Shown: piece after piece, positions 1 through 8,764 of the stretch | Position numbering within the stretch: the first letter of the stretch is position 1 | How the letters are laid out: each line of letters opens with the position of its first letter | IMG/VR virus record: IMGVR_UViG_3300002030_000016 | From: an uncultured virus (IMG/VR IMGVR_UViG_3300002030_000016) | Taxonomy: Duplodnaviria > Heunggongvirae > Uroviricota > Caudoviricetes | DNA length: 64,000 nucleotides | Direction: 5' to 3' (one strand) | Notes under the pieces: model-generated | What the model was told of the DNA's origin: nothing | What the model saw: only the letters and a program-made list of their open reading frames with translations | Databases searched by the model: none | Translations under genes and position numbers: made by a program

Positions 1-41
1 GTTTCCTTGGGGGTGACGGCTTTCGCCGCCGGGGGGTTCAT
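1..41 (-). CDS. 5' fragment of a gene running off the left edge (probably the next head gene, e.g. prohead protease or scaffold)
   Basis: ATG at 41 preceded by SD-like GGGAG; reads MNPPAAKAVTPKE to the edge; product inferred only from gene order. Confidence 0.35.
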   Translation of the reverse strand, partial: MNPPAAKAVTPKE

Positions 42-204
42 GGTTCTTCTCCCGCTGGGTCTTCAAAGCCCAACTCTAAGCTGTTGAGCAATCCTGACCC
101 AGATCGATGCGGGTGTCAAAAGAAGAAGCCGCACCAGCACATCCAGCGCCCATCGCGCCAGTATGATCGAAGATGGATGTGTTCGTCCGCTATGTTCTGG
201 CACA

Positions 205-420
205 TCAGGAAAATCCAGTCCCGTCTGTCTCGGCTTCGATGGCTTCGATGGCATCAGCGGACAATGGGGCGTCCCCTGATCGCCATGTGTCGAAGGCCAG
301 AAGGTGGAAGTCACGATCTGGCGTGTCCCCCAGCTTGCTGATGGGGTTGTCCGGGTAAAGCTGATTGTAGTCAGCCATAGCCAGCTTCAGCTTTTCTTCC
401 TGTTCTTCGGCATACGTCAT
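205..420 (-). CDS. small acidic protein, candidate immunity protein for the MuF peptidase
   Basis: 71 aa, ATGA-coupled to the MuF stop; this position matches MuF toxin-immunity pairs. Confidence 0.55.
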   Translation of the reverse strand: MTYAEEQEEKLKLAMADYNQLYPDNPISKLGDTPDRDFHLLAFDTWRSGDAPLSADAIEAIEAETDGTGFS

Positions 421-2237
421 CCTTCATCCCCTTCTTCGATGATCTGACGGAATTTCGCGATTGTGCGGGGGGCCATGCTTTCCATCATCCAACTGACGAA
501 TGCTGGATGGATCGAATGGCCTAGAAGCGCATTGGCGAACGCTTCAGTGGTGTTGCCCACGGTCACGTTCCCCTGAACTTTCGGGAACTGGGCATAGTAC
601 GCCTTGCTGTGACCCGCGCCACGCTCAAGGTTCGTGACAGCGCCCAAGAAGTCCAAGGTCATCTGCATCATGTAATCATTCAGATAGGCATCATGCAGGT
701 CTTCAACTGTCGCGTTCTGGTCCAGCTTCCGAATGGACGCACGCAGCGCCGCAATGGCCTCTTCGAAGTTTCCTTCATCGAAGGCCACATGGAAGTCGAA
801 TTCAGCCGCGCTGTCACCTTTCAGGATTTCCTGAAGCTGGGCGTTGGCCTCTGGGGACATTTCTGACGTGGGCTTGGTCCGCTTGGCGCGAAGTTCACCC
901 CTGTCTTCCATGATTTCGTTGACCATCTTGGTCGATTTGGCTTTCAGCAGGTCTTCGCCTTTGCTCAAATCGATTCCCGATGGCCCGAAATCGACCGCGT
1001 GGCCTACTTCGTGGAAGAAGGTGCCAACCCACTTCTTGCCCATCGCGGAATTTTCCCAATCCCTTGGAATTTTGATGGTGTGATCGTGCGGGGTGTAGAC
1101 GCCACCCTTGGTGCTGCTTCTGATCGTGACGCGCTCCAATCCCTCCATAGCGCGCTTGTAGATCGCATCCCCTTGGAACCGGGAAAGGTACGTTTCGACA
1201 ATGGATGGGGCGAATGCGGATTTCGTCTTCCGCTGACGCACCGGCGGGATGGGCGTGCCACCGGGGTCCACACCTTGGGCCACAGTGACAGGTTCGTCTG
1301 GGTCCGGTGCCGGGGTAGCGCGACCTGTTCCCCGCGCCGGTGCCGGGGCAAGCGCACGGGAAAGCTGGCCTTCCAGTTCGTTTTCCGGGTCTGGGTTCAC
1401 GTTCAGATCGATTTCCGGTGGTTCGGTGCCCAGAATGGACGATAGATCGATCTTCCGGCTTAGATAGCACCGGCACCCGTGCCGTTCTTCCGACGCTGCC
1501 AGTGGATCACCCGGATAGCGGATAAGGCTATGCAGCCCTTCGAATGGCTCGCCTTCCTTGCGCTGCTGACCGTGCATGTGGACATGGCTGTCCCTGACCT
1601 TGCCATCGCTCACGGATTTCCATGTGACCGTGATTTCATCAGCCGTGATGTCCCCGGTGTCCAGATACTGGGCATAGGATTCAATCTGACCTTCGTGGTG
1701 CGCCGCAAGGCTTTCCTGACGGGCCACTTCCTTCGCCCGGTCATCCAGCGTCTTCTGGGTGTATCGATCAACCATCCGGTCAATCTGTTCCTTGGTCAGT
1801 GGCTTTTCGCCGCTCAAGGCTTTGTTGATTGTCCGGTCAAACCGCTTGTCGCGACGGGCACGCTTCAGCGCCGCCTTATCGCCGGTTTCCAGCGCGGTGC
1901 GGAAGTTCTCGACAGCCTTGGCGTCCCTGTTGGTCAAACCGATGACAGAGCGAAGCTGACGCTTCCGGGTGTCACGGTCGATGGAATGCGCGCCACGTTC
2001 AATGGCCATCCGCTGGGCGGTGTTCAGGCGCTCCATCAGCGACCGGCGCGATGCGTCGATGGACGCAGCAGCACGACGATGGGTCACATCGAACGATGCG
2101 CTGTCCAGACCCAGTTGCTGCAGCATCTTCGCTTCACTCTCAGCAGAGGCGATGAACGATGCAGCATTGGCAGCCGCAACACGCGACATGACGACTTCGA
2201 TGCTTTCCATCGCTTCATCGAAGCGTCCGGCCTGCAT
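417..2237 (-). CDS. phage head morphogenesis protein (MuF / SPP1 gp7 family) with C-terminal zincin metallopeptidase domain; frame stays open upstream to 2456 with no ATG/GTG/TTG
   Basis: MuF motifs TWKSVSDGKVRDSHVHMHGQ...F...IRYPGDP...ERHGCRC; Pro-rich linker; FFHEVGHAVD (HExxH) plus GHSKAYY...TEAFA; located just after the portal. Confidence 0.85.
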   Translation of the reverse strand: MQAGRFDEAMESIEVVMSRVAAANAASFIASAESEAKMLQQLGLDSASFDVTHRRAAASIDASRRSLMERLNTAQRMAIERGAHSIDRDTRKRQLRSVIGLTNRDAKAVENFRTALETGDKAALKRARRDKRFDRTINKALSGEKPLTKEQIDRMVDRYTQKTLDDRAKEVARQESLAAHHEGQIESYAQYLDTGDITADEITVTWKSVSDGKVRDSHVHMHGQQRKEGEPFEGLHSLIRYPGDPLAASEERHGCRCYLSRKIDLSSILGTEPPEIDLNVNPDPENELEGQLSRALAPAPARGTGRATPAPDPDEPVTVAQGVDPGGTPIPPVRQRKTKSAFAPSIVETYLSRFQGDAIYKRAMEGLERVTIRSSTKGGVYTPHDHTIKIPRDWENSAMGKKWVGTFFHEVGHAVDFGPSGIDLSKGEDLLKAKSTKMVNEIMEDRGELRAKRTKPTSEMSPEANAQLQEILKGDSAAEFDFHVAFDEGNFEEAIAALRASIRKLDQNATVEDLHDAYLNDYMMQMTLDFLGAVTNLERGAGHSKAYYAQFPKVQGNVTVGNTTEAFANALLGHSIHPAFVSWMMESMAPRTIAKFRQIIEEGDEG

Positions 2238-2365
2238 CAGATCATCGATCTGGTTGATGTAGCGGTCTGTCTTCAGGATTGCGGTGGCGTCCCTGAACGC
2301 TTTGTAAATCCGGCTATCCGCCGCCTTCAGAAGTGCAAGAATGCGCCCTTCGTCATCAGGCTGGA

Positions 2366-3799
2366 CTAACTTGTCCCCGACCTTGGCGGTTCCGGCTTTT
2401 TTCCGGGTACGGGTGCCGCCGCGTTCTTGCCTGAAGGGTCCGTGGCTGCCTGAACTTCAGCGGCCTGCTTCCGCAATTCTGCCAGTTCCTCTTCTTCTGG
2501 CGTGGGGGGAAGGACGCCTGCTTCTCTTTCGTCTTCGACCTCTTCAACGTGCTGTTCGATGTTGGGCAACACCCCATCATTCGCAATCATGCTGACGAAC
2601 GACCGTTTCAGCGCCTCTGGGTCAATCAAGCCTGTTCTGTGGATCACAGACACCGTGCCCGCGCGCTTGCTGGCAGTGTCCGATTTTTCCTTATCAGTCG
2701 GCTGCCACAGCGGGTTCCAATCATAGTAGGATTCGGCTGGGTCAGCGCCCAGCGCGTGCAGCTTTAGCGCCGTGTCCAGCGGGGCGATGTCCGGTTCAAT
2801 GTCCACTTTTTGAATAGACGCGATGCCGTCATAATAGTTGCGGATTGACCCTTGGGCGCTATCCCCCAAGGACGCGGCTGAAACATCAGCAAGGCGTTCC
2901 ACGGGGATGTCAGCGGCACCGGCTGCCACCTTGATAGAGATTTCGATAACTTCAGGGATACCTGCGAAGTTGTAGGTCTTCTGTTCCCAGTTCTCTTCGT
3001 CGTCCAAAATCACGGCACCGTTGATGCCCTTGATCAGCATGGCGGCATCGAACCGCTTCAGCAGGGCTTCGATTCCCTTCTTGTTGGCGACGTGATCTGC
3101 AAGGTCTTTGACGTGGATGATGTCGGACTTGGCGTCGTGGATCAATTCAGCGATGGCAAAGCACATCCGGGCGATGTTCATCACCTGCTGGTGACAGGAT
3201 TGCAGGACGCTGTGCCCCCAGACACCATCGTTGATGCCAAATGCGGTGTCTTCGGCAACTGGACCCAAGAACTTGATCACCCGGCTGGGGTGGACTGACA
3301 CGAACTGGGTGTTGTCAATCGGGATTTGCCACATCTGAGGTTCGCCATACCAAGGGTCAGCGATGTCCTTGCGAACGTCATCGTAGGCGACTTCCTCACG
3401 GTCGAAGACGTGCAGATATTTGATGCTTCCCTTCGTCATCTTGTCGATAAGAAGGGGCTTCCTTGGGTCTTCGGCACCGTCGCCAATCAGCAGCAGAGCG
3501 CCGCCGCGCAACCGGGCCAAACGGCTGACCCGCTCCAATTTCCGAAGGATGCCCAGTTGCTTTTCGGCGTCTTCGATCTTGGACTGGTCTGTCCCTTCCA
3601 TGCCGTTCCACGTCCGCCATTCGCGGAATGCGTCACGCGCGGGGATGTTCACGATCTTCCGGGCAAGCCAGTCGTCCCGATACATGCGGAACAGTTCTGA
3701 TGGGCCAAGCGGTGCGAGTGCGTAACTGTCAGCGCCTGCGCGCCCCTGCATCGCCATCAGGTTTTCAGCCAAGGTGACTGCGTTATCCAACATCTTCAT
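2366..3799 (-). CDS. phage portal protein (DUF1073/HI1409-like)
   Basis: MYRDDWLARKIVNIPARDAFREW, VHPSRVI, GAADIPVERL, NYYDGI, WNPLWQ motifs; immediately after TerL. Confidence 0.9.
   Translation of the reverse strand: MKMLDNAVTLAENLMAMQGRAGADSYALAPLGPSELFRMYRDDWLARKIVNIPARDAFREWRTWNGMEGTDQSKIEDAEKQLGILRKLERVSRLARLRGGALLLIGDGAEDPRKPLLIDKMTKGSIKYLHVFDREEVAYDDVRKDIADPWYGEPQMWQIPIDNTQFVSVHPSRVIKFLGPVAEDTAFGINDGVWGHSVLQSCHQQVMNIARMCFAIAELIHDAKSDIIHVKDLADHVANKKGIEALLKRFDAAMLIKGINGAVILDDEENWEQKTYNFAGIPEVIEISIKVAAGAADIPVERLADVSAASLGDSAQGSIRNYYDGIASIQKVDIEPDIAPLDTALKLHALGADPAESYYDWNPLWQPTDKEKSDTASKRAGTVSVIHRTGLIDPEALKRSFVSMIANDGVLPNIEQHVEEVEDEREAGVLPPTPEEEELAELRKQAAEVQAATDPSGKNAAAPVPGKKPEPPRSGTS
2396..2402 (-). 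other. candidate programmed -1 ribosomal frameshift site (A AAA AAG) joining the portal to the MuF frame
   Basis: Portal codons GGA AAA AAG; the -1 frame (AAA AAA GCC GGA ACC...) is the MuF frame and is open to 417. Confidence 0.6.
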
Positions 3800-3808
3800 G
3801 ATGCACCT

Positions 3809-5047
3809 TCACAATCCATCGTAGATGGACCGTCCTTTGTTCTGAATCAGCGGTGAAAGCGCATAACGCCCCGCGTCGATGGTGTGGTTTTCCTTGTCCA
3901 CGATGTCAGTCAAGATGTCGCCTGCCTTGTTGATCTTGTAGCTGTAGAGCCGGAATTCGCGGTGAACGCGAGGGCACGCCGGATGGATGACGTGCTTGTA
4001 TGTTCGCAAGAATTCGACGCCATCTTCAACGGACCCTTTCCACTTATCGACGCCTTCCAGTCGTCTAAACCCTCCGTTGCGTCTAACATAACTAATCGTC
4101 TCAGGTCGCGCATTGTCCGCACGGACTTTGAAATCAACGGCTTCTGGGATGTCCTTCTGCCAATTCGGGCCGATGTCCTCCATTTCCCACTTCACGCCAC
4201 CCGATTCCCGGCACCAGTAGATCACCCCGTCGAAGACGTACATTTCGACCAGATACGTTGGGTCCACGCTGAAGCCCCAGTCAGCGCCATAGTAGGGTCC
4301 GTCCCATTCGGGCTTGATGTCGAATTCTTCGACCCGGAACTTGCCAGAGAAAATCTGTGCTTCTGATCTGGTGTTGTAGCCACCAAGCCAGACGTGTTCG
4401 AACGTCTCCCAGTCGCCTTGCCGGTCGTGTTCGATTTCGATGGACAGCGCGCCCAGCGGGTACGGGTTGTCCGTGTAGTTGACCTGAATGGCGATGGTGT
4501 CCGGGTTGCCGCCTTCCAGCGCCCCGTTCTCCATTTCGTTGCGGAAGAAGTGGTCAATCGCGTCATCAGGCTGGTTCGGGTTCCACGATGCCCAGATTTG
4601 CGAACCTTCCTTACGGATGGTGGGGCGAAGCAGCGTCCACGACCGCTTGGACAGGCTTTGGGCTTCTTCGATCCATGCCCAGTCCATCCCTTCCAGCGAC
4701 TTGATGGATTCGGCATTGTGTTCCTGCATCCCCGCGAAGATGATGAAGCCCTTGCCACCCTTCCGCTTGATGACGGTTTCTTGGATTTCGAACAGGTGGG
4801 CCACGCCCAACTTGCTGATCTTCTCTTCAATCAGCGCCTTCGAACTGTACTTCAGAGATTTCTGCGTCTCACGGATACAGACCCCTTTGCAGTTCGGGTC
4901 GATGACCAGACGTTCAACTCCCATTTCAGCAAATTCATGGGACTTGCCGGACCCGCGCCCACCGTAAGCGCCCAGATAGCGGTGCGCTGGTGTCATGGGC
5001 AGCGCCCAGCGGGGCCGCTTCCGGGTAAAGGTCGCACCGTCAATCAA
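3809..5047 (-). CDS. terL: terminase large subunit (PBSX-type)
   Basis: Walker A YGGRGSGKSH, Walker B WIEEAQ, coupling motif SWNP, nuclease motifs ADWGF and NHTIDAGRY. Confidence 0.95.
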   Translation of the reverse strand: MIDGATFTRKRPRWALPMTPAHRYLGAYGGRGSGKSHEFAEMGVERLVIDPNCKGVCIRETQKSLKYSSKALIEEKISKLGVAHLFEIQETVIKRKGGKGFIIFAGMQEHNAESIKSLEGMDWAWIEEAQSLSKRSWTLLRPTIRKEGSQIWASWNPNQPDDAIDHFFRNEMENGALEGGNPDTIAIQVNYTDNPYPLGALSIEIEHDRQGDWETFEHVWLGGYNTRSEAQIFSGKFRVEEFDIKPEWDGPYYGADWGFSVDPTYLVEMYVFDGVIYWCRESGGVKWEMEDIGPNWQKDIPEAVDFKVRADNARPETISYVRRNGGFRRLEGVDKWKGSVEDGVEFLRTYKHVIHPACPRVHREFRLYSYKINKAGDILTDIVDKENHTIDAGRYALSPLIQNKGRSIYDGL

Positions 5048-5056
5048 GGTTTTGGG

Positions 5057-5302
5057 CTACTCTTGCTGTTGCTCTAACAGCTTCCTGCCATTTTTCGTAA
5101 TCATGTCAAAGGTAAACCCAGAGCGACGGACACGCTTGATCAAGCCATTTTCTCGCAACGCCACCATCAAACTGTGGTGTTCGAAGATGTCTTCTACCGC
5201 CCTGCTGAAGCCAGCCTGACCATCGACCCAGCGCAGGGTTTGGATGTGATTTGCCGAAAACTTCACTTTTCGCTTGGAACCTCTGTTGACGCTGTGCCCC
5301 AC
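5057..5302 (-). CDS. hypothetical protein (possible small winged-helix)
   Basis: Co-oriented ORF ending just before terL; LRENGLI...ITKNGRKLL resembles a wHTH end. Confidence 0.45.
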   Translation of the reverse strand: MGHSVNRGSKRKVKFSANHIQTLRWVDGQAGFSRAVEDIFEHHSLMVALRENGLIKRVRRSGFTFDMITKNGRKLLEQQQE

Positions 5303-5514
5303 TGCATCACCCCATCAGGGTGCAGTTCGCACACCCGGTCGAATTCAGCAGCGGTCAGGTCGTCGCCACCGGGCGTGGGGCCGGGGATAGCACGCCATTC
5401 CCCGTCTTGCCCCAGACGCTCGCATCCGAACCGATAGGCACCGGACGCTGATCTGGTGATGTAGCTGCGAACCCCATCCTGCAGCGGGGAATCCTTACGC
5501 CAAACAACGGTCAT
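5263..5514 (-). CDS. hypothetical protein
   Basis: ATGA-coupled to the upstream ORF. Confidence 0.45.
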   Translation of the reverse strand: MTVVWRKDSPLQDGVRSYITRSASGAYRFGCERLGQDGEWRAIPGPTPGGDDLTAAEFDRVCELHPDGVMQWGTASTEVPSEK

Positions 5515-5708
5515 TCGATTGTCCTGTTTCGGCGCAACGGGTGCAGGGCGTCGGCTGCGAAGCGGTTCACGGCATCAACGCGAAGATGGAACGGGCGCAC
5601 CGGCATGGGTGGTGGCCTGCAGCCCAGTTCGATCTGGTCAGGCCCATCGTAGGGCACGCCATCGATGTAGACCCGGATGGGGCTTTTGATGTTAACGACC
5701 TTGGCCAT
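5511..5708 (-). CDS. hypothetical protein
   Basis: TGATG-coupled start (MAKVVNIKS). Confidence 0.45.
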   Translation of the reverse strand: MAKVVNIKSPIRVYIDGVPYDGPDQIELGCRPPPMPVRPFHLRVDAVNRFAADALHPLRRNRTIE

Positions 5709-6118
5709 CAGTAATCGGGGATTTCTTGGGTTTCCCCGGTAAACCACCAACGCCAGTCACTACGAATTTCAGCGACCCGGCCATCAATGACCAGTTCCGG
5801 CGGGAACATCACGCCATTGGGGCCATAGGAAAGATTGGCGTCTTTGGTACGGCCATGAATGCGAAGAAGAGACACATCCCAGTCCAGACGCTGGATGAAG
5901 AATTCAGCCCCTCCCAGCGTGACTGGGGTGGTCAATTTGGGCGGAAATCCCAGCTTTTCGAGTGAGACGGAACACTCGAATTCGAACCAACGATTGATCA
6001 AAACCTTTCTGGTCAGTTCAGCCTTTGGCGGCACTGCAGCAGCCGCGACATCGACACGCAGCAGGGCGGGGACAGCAGGTGCCACCCCAATCATCTTCAG
6101 TACGTCACGACGCTTCAT
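5708..6118 (-). CDS. hypothetical protein with twin-arginine (Tat)-like signal peptide
   Basis: MKRRDVLKMIGVAPAVPALL...AAAA; strong RBS AAGGAATGCCCA. Confidence 0.6.
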   Translation of the reverse strand: MKRRDVLKMIGVAPAVPALLRVDVAAAAVPPKAELTRKVLINRWFEFECSVSLEKLGFPPKLTTPVTLGGAEFFIQRLDWDVSLLRIHGRTKDANLSYGPNGVMFPPELVIDGRVAEIRSDWRWWFTGETQEIPDY

Positions 6119-6287
6119 TGGGCATTCCTTCTTCTGAGGGTTCTATCCCTACTTCATCTGGCCACAAGAACAAGTGGCATGTTGGGCATTGGACCTGATC
6201 TTCACCTGCTGCCATCAGCCGTTCAGCCTTCGCGTAGGAAGCGAAGAACGACAGTCTGGGCGCGTGGTGGGCGCATCTATCGACCAT
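6105..6287 (-). CDS. small Cys/His (zinc-ribbon-like) protein
   Basis: MVDRCAHH...QVQCPTCHLF. Confidence 0.5.
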   Translation of the reverse strand: MVDRCAHHAPRLSFFASYAKAERLMAAGEDQVQCPTCHLFLWPDEVGIEPSEEGMPNEAS

Positions 6288-6522
6288 TCCGCTTCCTTGC
6301 TTCGATGATCTTCTTGGCCCGCTTCTTCTGCTGCCTGTTCGGGACAGAGGCTTCGCCGGGTTGCAGTGGTTCCGCATCTGGAAGGCCATGCACCGGCATC
6401 CTGACCGCGACTTCCGGGTCATCCACGCTGGACAACCAGACCCAAGGGATGGGGTTGTGAGGGGACGGGCCATGCACCGTCGCAGCCCGGTACGTCTCGC
6501 CTTCGATCACGTAATGGCTCAC
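6277..6522 (-). CDS. hypothetical protein
   Basis: GTGA-coupled to the upstream ORF. Confidence 0.5.
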   Translation of the reverse strand: MSHYVIEGETYRAATVHGPSPHNPIPWVWLSSVDDPEVAVRMPVHGLPDAEPLQPGEASVPNRQQKKRAKKIIEARKRNGR

Positions 6523-6992
6523 GACGCGGCACCGTTGGAATTGGCCACTGACGCCATCCGGGCCTGCTCACGCTCGCCACGGTCCATTTCATGGTTCATC
6601 GCTTCCAACTGAAGGGGCAGAACGTCCGGCTTCAGCACATCGTTGATGCCCATGATCTGTTCGTCACTCGCCTTTTTCCAGACCACCAACTTGACCTTGC
6701 CTTCCAGCAGATCGTGCGGTGTGAAGGTAACAGTACGGCCTTTCAGCACTGCAGCTTCGATCTGGCCAGCGGGGTCAACCACATTGCCGATACGCGCCGC
6801 GACCAACTCGGCAATGGCGTTGGTATCCACCAACCCATCCAAGATCACGTCAGAAGACGGTTCATCTGAAGCATGGATCGATTTGCTGTCTTCGAATGCG
6901 ACATACGGGGCATCAAGCCCATCGTCCTGACCCTGCCTGATCAGTTCTTCCCGTATCGCGGCCTTGATGATGTCAGTCAGCGAACTAGCCAT
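6519..6992 (-). CDS. hypothetical protein
   Basis: 157 aa ORF in the operon, protein-like composition. Confidence 0.6.
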   Translation of the reverse strand: MASSLTDIIKAAIREELIRQGQDDGLDAPYVAFEDSKSIHASDEPSSDVILDGLVDTNAIAELVAARIGNVVDPAGQIEAAVLKGRTVTFTPHDLLEGKVKLVVWKKASDEQIMGINDVLKPDVLPLQLEAMNHEMDRGEREQARMASVANSNGAAS

Positions 6993-6996
6993 AATG

Positions 6997-7461
6997 TCAA
7001 TAATCCTTGTAAACCCCGTGGCCCAACTTCACCAATCGGTCGTTGATGCTCAACTGGTGGCCTTCTGAATAGATCAGCGCCAGATACCGGCCATACTTCC
7101 CGGTTTTGTCTCGGAACGAAACGAAGGTGATCGTCTTTCCGAGAATTTCGGAACGTAGCCAATCCCGCGCAACCAGACCCTGTGGACGCTCCACCCCGCG
7201 CAGTTCCCACGTATCGATGCCGTGAAGGCGAAGGCGAAGACTGATCGTGACGTTGAACCCCAGATCAACCCGGACGGTGATGGTGTCCCCGTCGTAAATG
7301 TCCGTGACCGTGGCGCTGTAGTGGAATGGCTTGATGTCCGCCTGATCAGCCGTGACGTACTTGGGCTGCCAGTCTTGGGCGATTGCATGGGTGCTGGCCA
7401 CCAAGACAAGCAAAACGATCAGTTTGCCCGTTTTCGCAAACCATCCCCATAGCCGGTTCAT
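6997..7461 (-). CDS. thermonuclease (SNase) family protein with N-terminal signal peptide
   Basis: IYDGDTI, LRLHGIDTWE, DKTGKYGRYLA, INDRLVKLG; start 7461 is ATGA-coupled; hydrophobic leader ending AIA-Q. Confidence 0.85.
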   Translation of the reverse strand: MNRLWGWFAKTGKLIVLLVLVASTHAIAQDWQPKYVTADQADIKPFHYSATVTDIYDGDTITVRVDLGFNVTISLRLRLHGIDTWELRGVERPQGLVARDWLRSEILGKTITFVSFRDKTGKYGRYLALIYSEGHQLSINDRLVKLGHGVYKDY

Positions 7462-7610
7462 CGTTGTGTGAAGCATTCTTCGGCCTCTTCCTTGGTCAGT
7501 TTCATCTTGCAAAACCGGCAATATGCGGTGCCGTCCGCTTTCCGAACCCAATGGTGCAGGGCACCGGGTATCTTCGATTCCTCGCACTCGAATGACCAGC
7601 GACTAATCAT
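7458..7610 (-). CDS. 50-aa Cys/His-rich protein (not in the ORF track)
   Basis: MISRWSFECEESKIPGALHHWVRKADGTAYCRFCKMKLTKEEAEECFTQR; stop overlaps the nuclease start. Confidence 0.55.
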   Translation of the reverse strand: MISRWSFECEESKIPGALHHWVRKADGTAYCRFCKMKLTKEEAEECFTQR

Positions 7611-7980
7611 GGGCAGGTTCCTTCCGAATCAGACCCCCCGATCTTGTCTTGATCGCTGGGTTAACCTTTCGCCAACTAAACCCATCGTACTCGATTTCAC
7701 GACCAAGATTTTCTGGGTCCGGCATCCGGTTCGGGAATTCCACCTGTTCAGTCTGTGGCGTTCTGGACGGCACGGACAAGGGGAGACACCAAGCATAAGG
7801 GACAAACCCAATCGCTGTGGCTTGGTGTCTTCCAAAATGCCAGCCTTCCCACCTTTCGGTGTCTTCGTCCCACCGCCCCATGACCACCATGTCAGTGTAT
7901 CTGGGCGTTGCGGACGTGAAGTAACCGGCCAACTGCAGCGGAATTCCCTTGGGGGCACCGTCCATTCCATAGAACCACAT
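7603..7980 (-). CDS. hypothetical protein
   Basis: TGATG-coupled start MWFYGMDGAPK. Confidence 0.5.
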   Translation of the reverse strand: MWFYGMDGAPKGIPLQLAGYFTSATPRYTDMVVMGRWDEDTERWEGWHFGRHQATAIGFVPYAWCLPLSVPSRTPQTEQVEFPNRMPDPENLGREIEYDGFSWRKVNPAIKTRSGGLIRKEPAHD

Positions 7981-8222
7981 CAGGTTTTTCCTTTCGTTAC
8001 AGACCAGCCGCACCACCGGCACTTCAGGCAATCGATCAGCCGTCCGGGTCCACCGGGGGACATCGTGACGCAATCATCAGCGCCACCGAAGTCCAACATG
8101 CCGCTGGTGAAGGTCTGGGCGATGGCCTTGCCCGGTGTCAGCGACAAATGGCACTTGGGGCAAACGATGGGGTTCTTCCGCGTCGTGTCGCGCCCCACCA
8201 CCAGTTCAAGCGGGCTGGTCAC
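7980..8222 (-). CDS. zinc-ribbon protein
   Basis: CPKC ... CLKCRWCGWS. Confidence 0.55.
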   Translation of the reverse strand: MTSPLELVVGRDTTRKNPIVCPKCHLSLTPGKAIAQTFTSGMLDFGGADDCVTMSPGGPGRLIDCLKCRWCGWSVTKGKT

Positions 8223-8461
8223 TCCCAGTTTCCTTCCGCTTCGCTCACATCGAACACCACATAGCCATCAGAAACCTTGAGTTCAGAAACGAATGGCGCT
8301 CTTGTAAAAAACGCACAACCTATGCAGCCCGGAATAGCCGTCCCACGGGCATCACGCGCATCTTCGCTCATACACCACCACGAAACATGGCCTTCAAGAT
8401 TCGCGCAGTTAGAACATTGATTTGGAACATCCCTAACCGGACCTTCGAACGCCACTTTCAT
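8219..8461 (-). CDS. Cys-rich hypothetical protein
   Basis: CSNC...WWC...CIGC; ATGA coupling. Confidence 0.55.
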   Translation of the reverse strand: MKVAFEGPVRDVPNQCSNCANLEGHVSWWCMSEDARDARGTAIPGCIGCAFFTRAPFVSELKVSDGYVVFDVSEAEGNWE

Positions 8462-8742
8462 TGGTCATATTCAATCATGGTCAGATGCAGGGTCGAACCT
8501 TCGGCAACCACGCTGCCACCAACGTAGATGCGGTATCGATCCATGAAATCCATCGAACCCGGCATATCGCGAGTGATGACGATTCCCTGAATGGTCTGGC
8601 CTTTCCAGTTCCCGCCCACAACAACCGAAGACCCATCCACCCAATCAATTCTGGCAGCAGCGCGCGGGATGCACCCAGAATCGTTCAGGTGTTCATGTGT
8701 TGGGCGGGGTGGGCGGATTTTCTCAATATCAGGTGCAGTCAT
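8458..8742 (-). CDS. hypothetical protein
   Basis: RBS GAGGAATGCCCC-ATG directly after the tRNA. Confidence 0.55.
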   Translation of the reverse strand: MTAPDIEKIRPPRPTHEHLNDSGCIPRAAARIDWVDGSSVVVGGNWKGQTIQGIVITRDMPGSMDFMDRYRIYVGGSVVAEGSTLHLTMIEYDQ

Positions 8743-8764
8743 GGGGCATTCCTCTTCTGACGTT

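Noticed and set aside
1479..2369. Long plus-strand ORFs antisense to structural genes (also 7468-8280, 21010-21900, 46683-47471, 56172-56981, 60219-61190)
   Set aside because: Shadow ORFs typical of GC-rich coding DNA; no recognisable motifs, and the opposite strand carries clear genes
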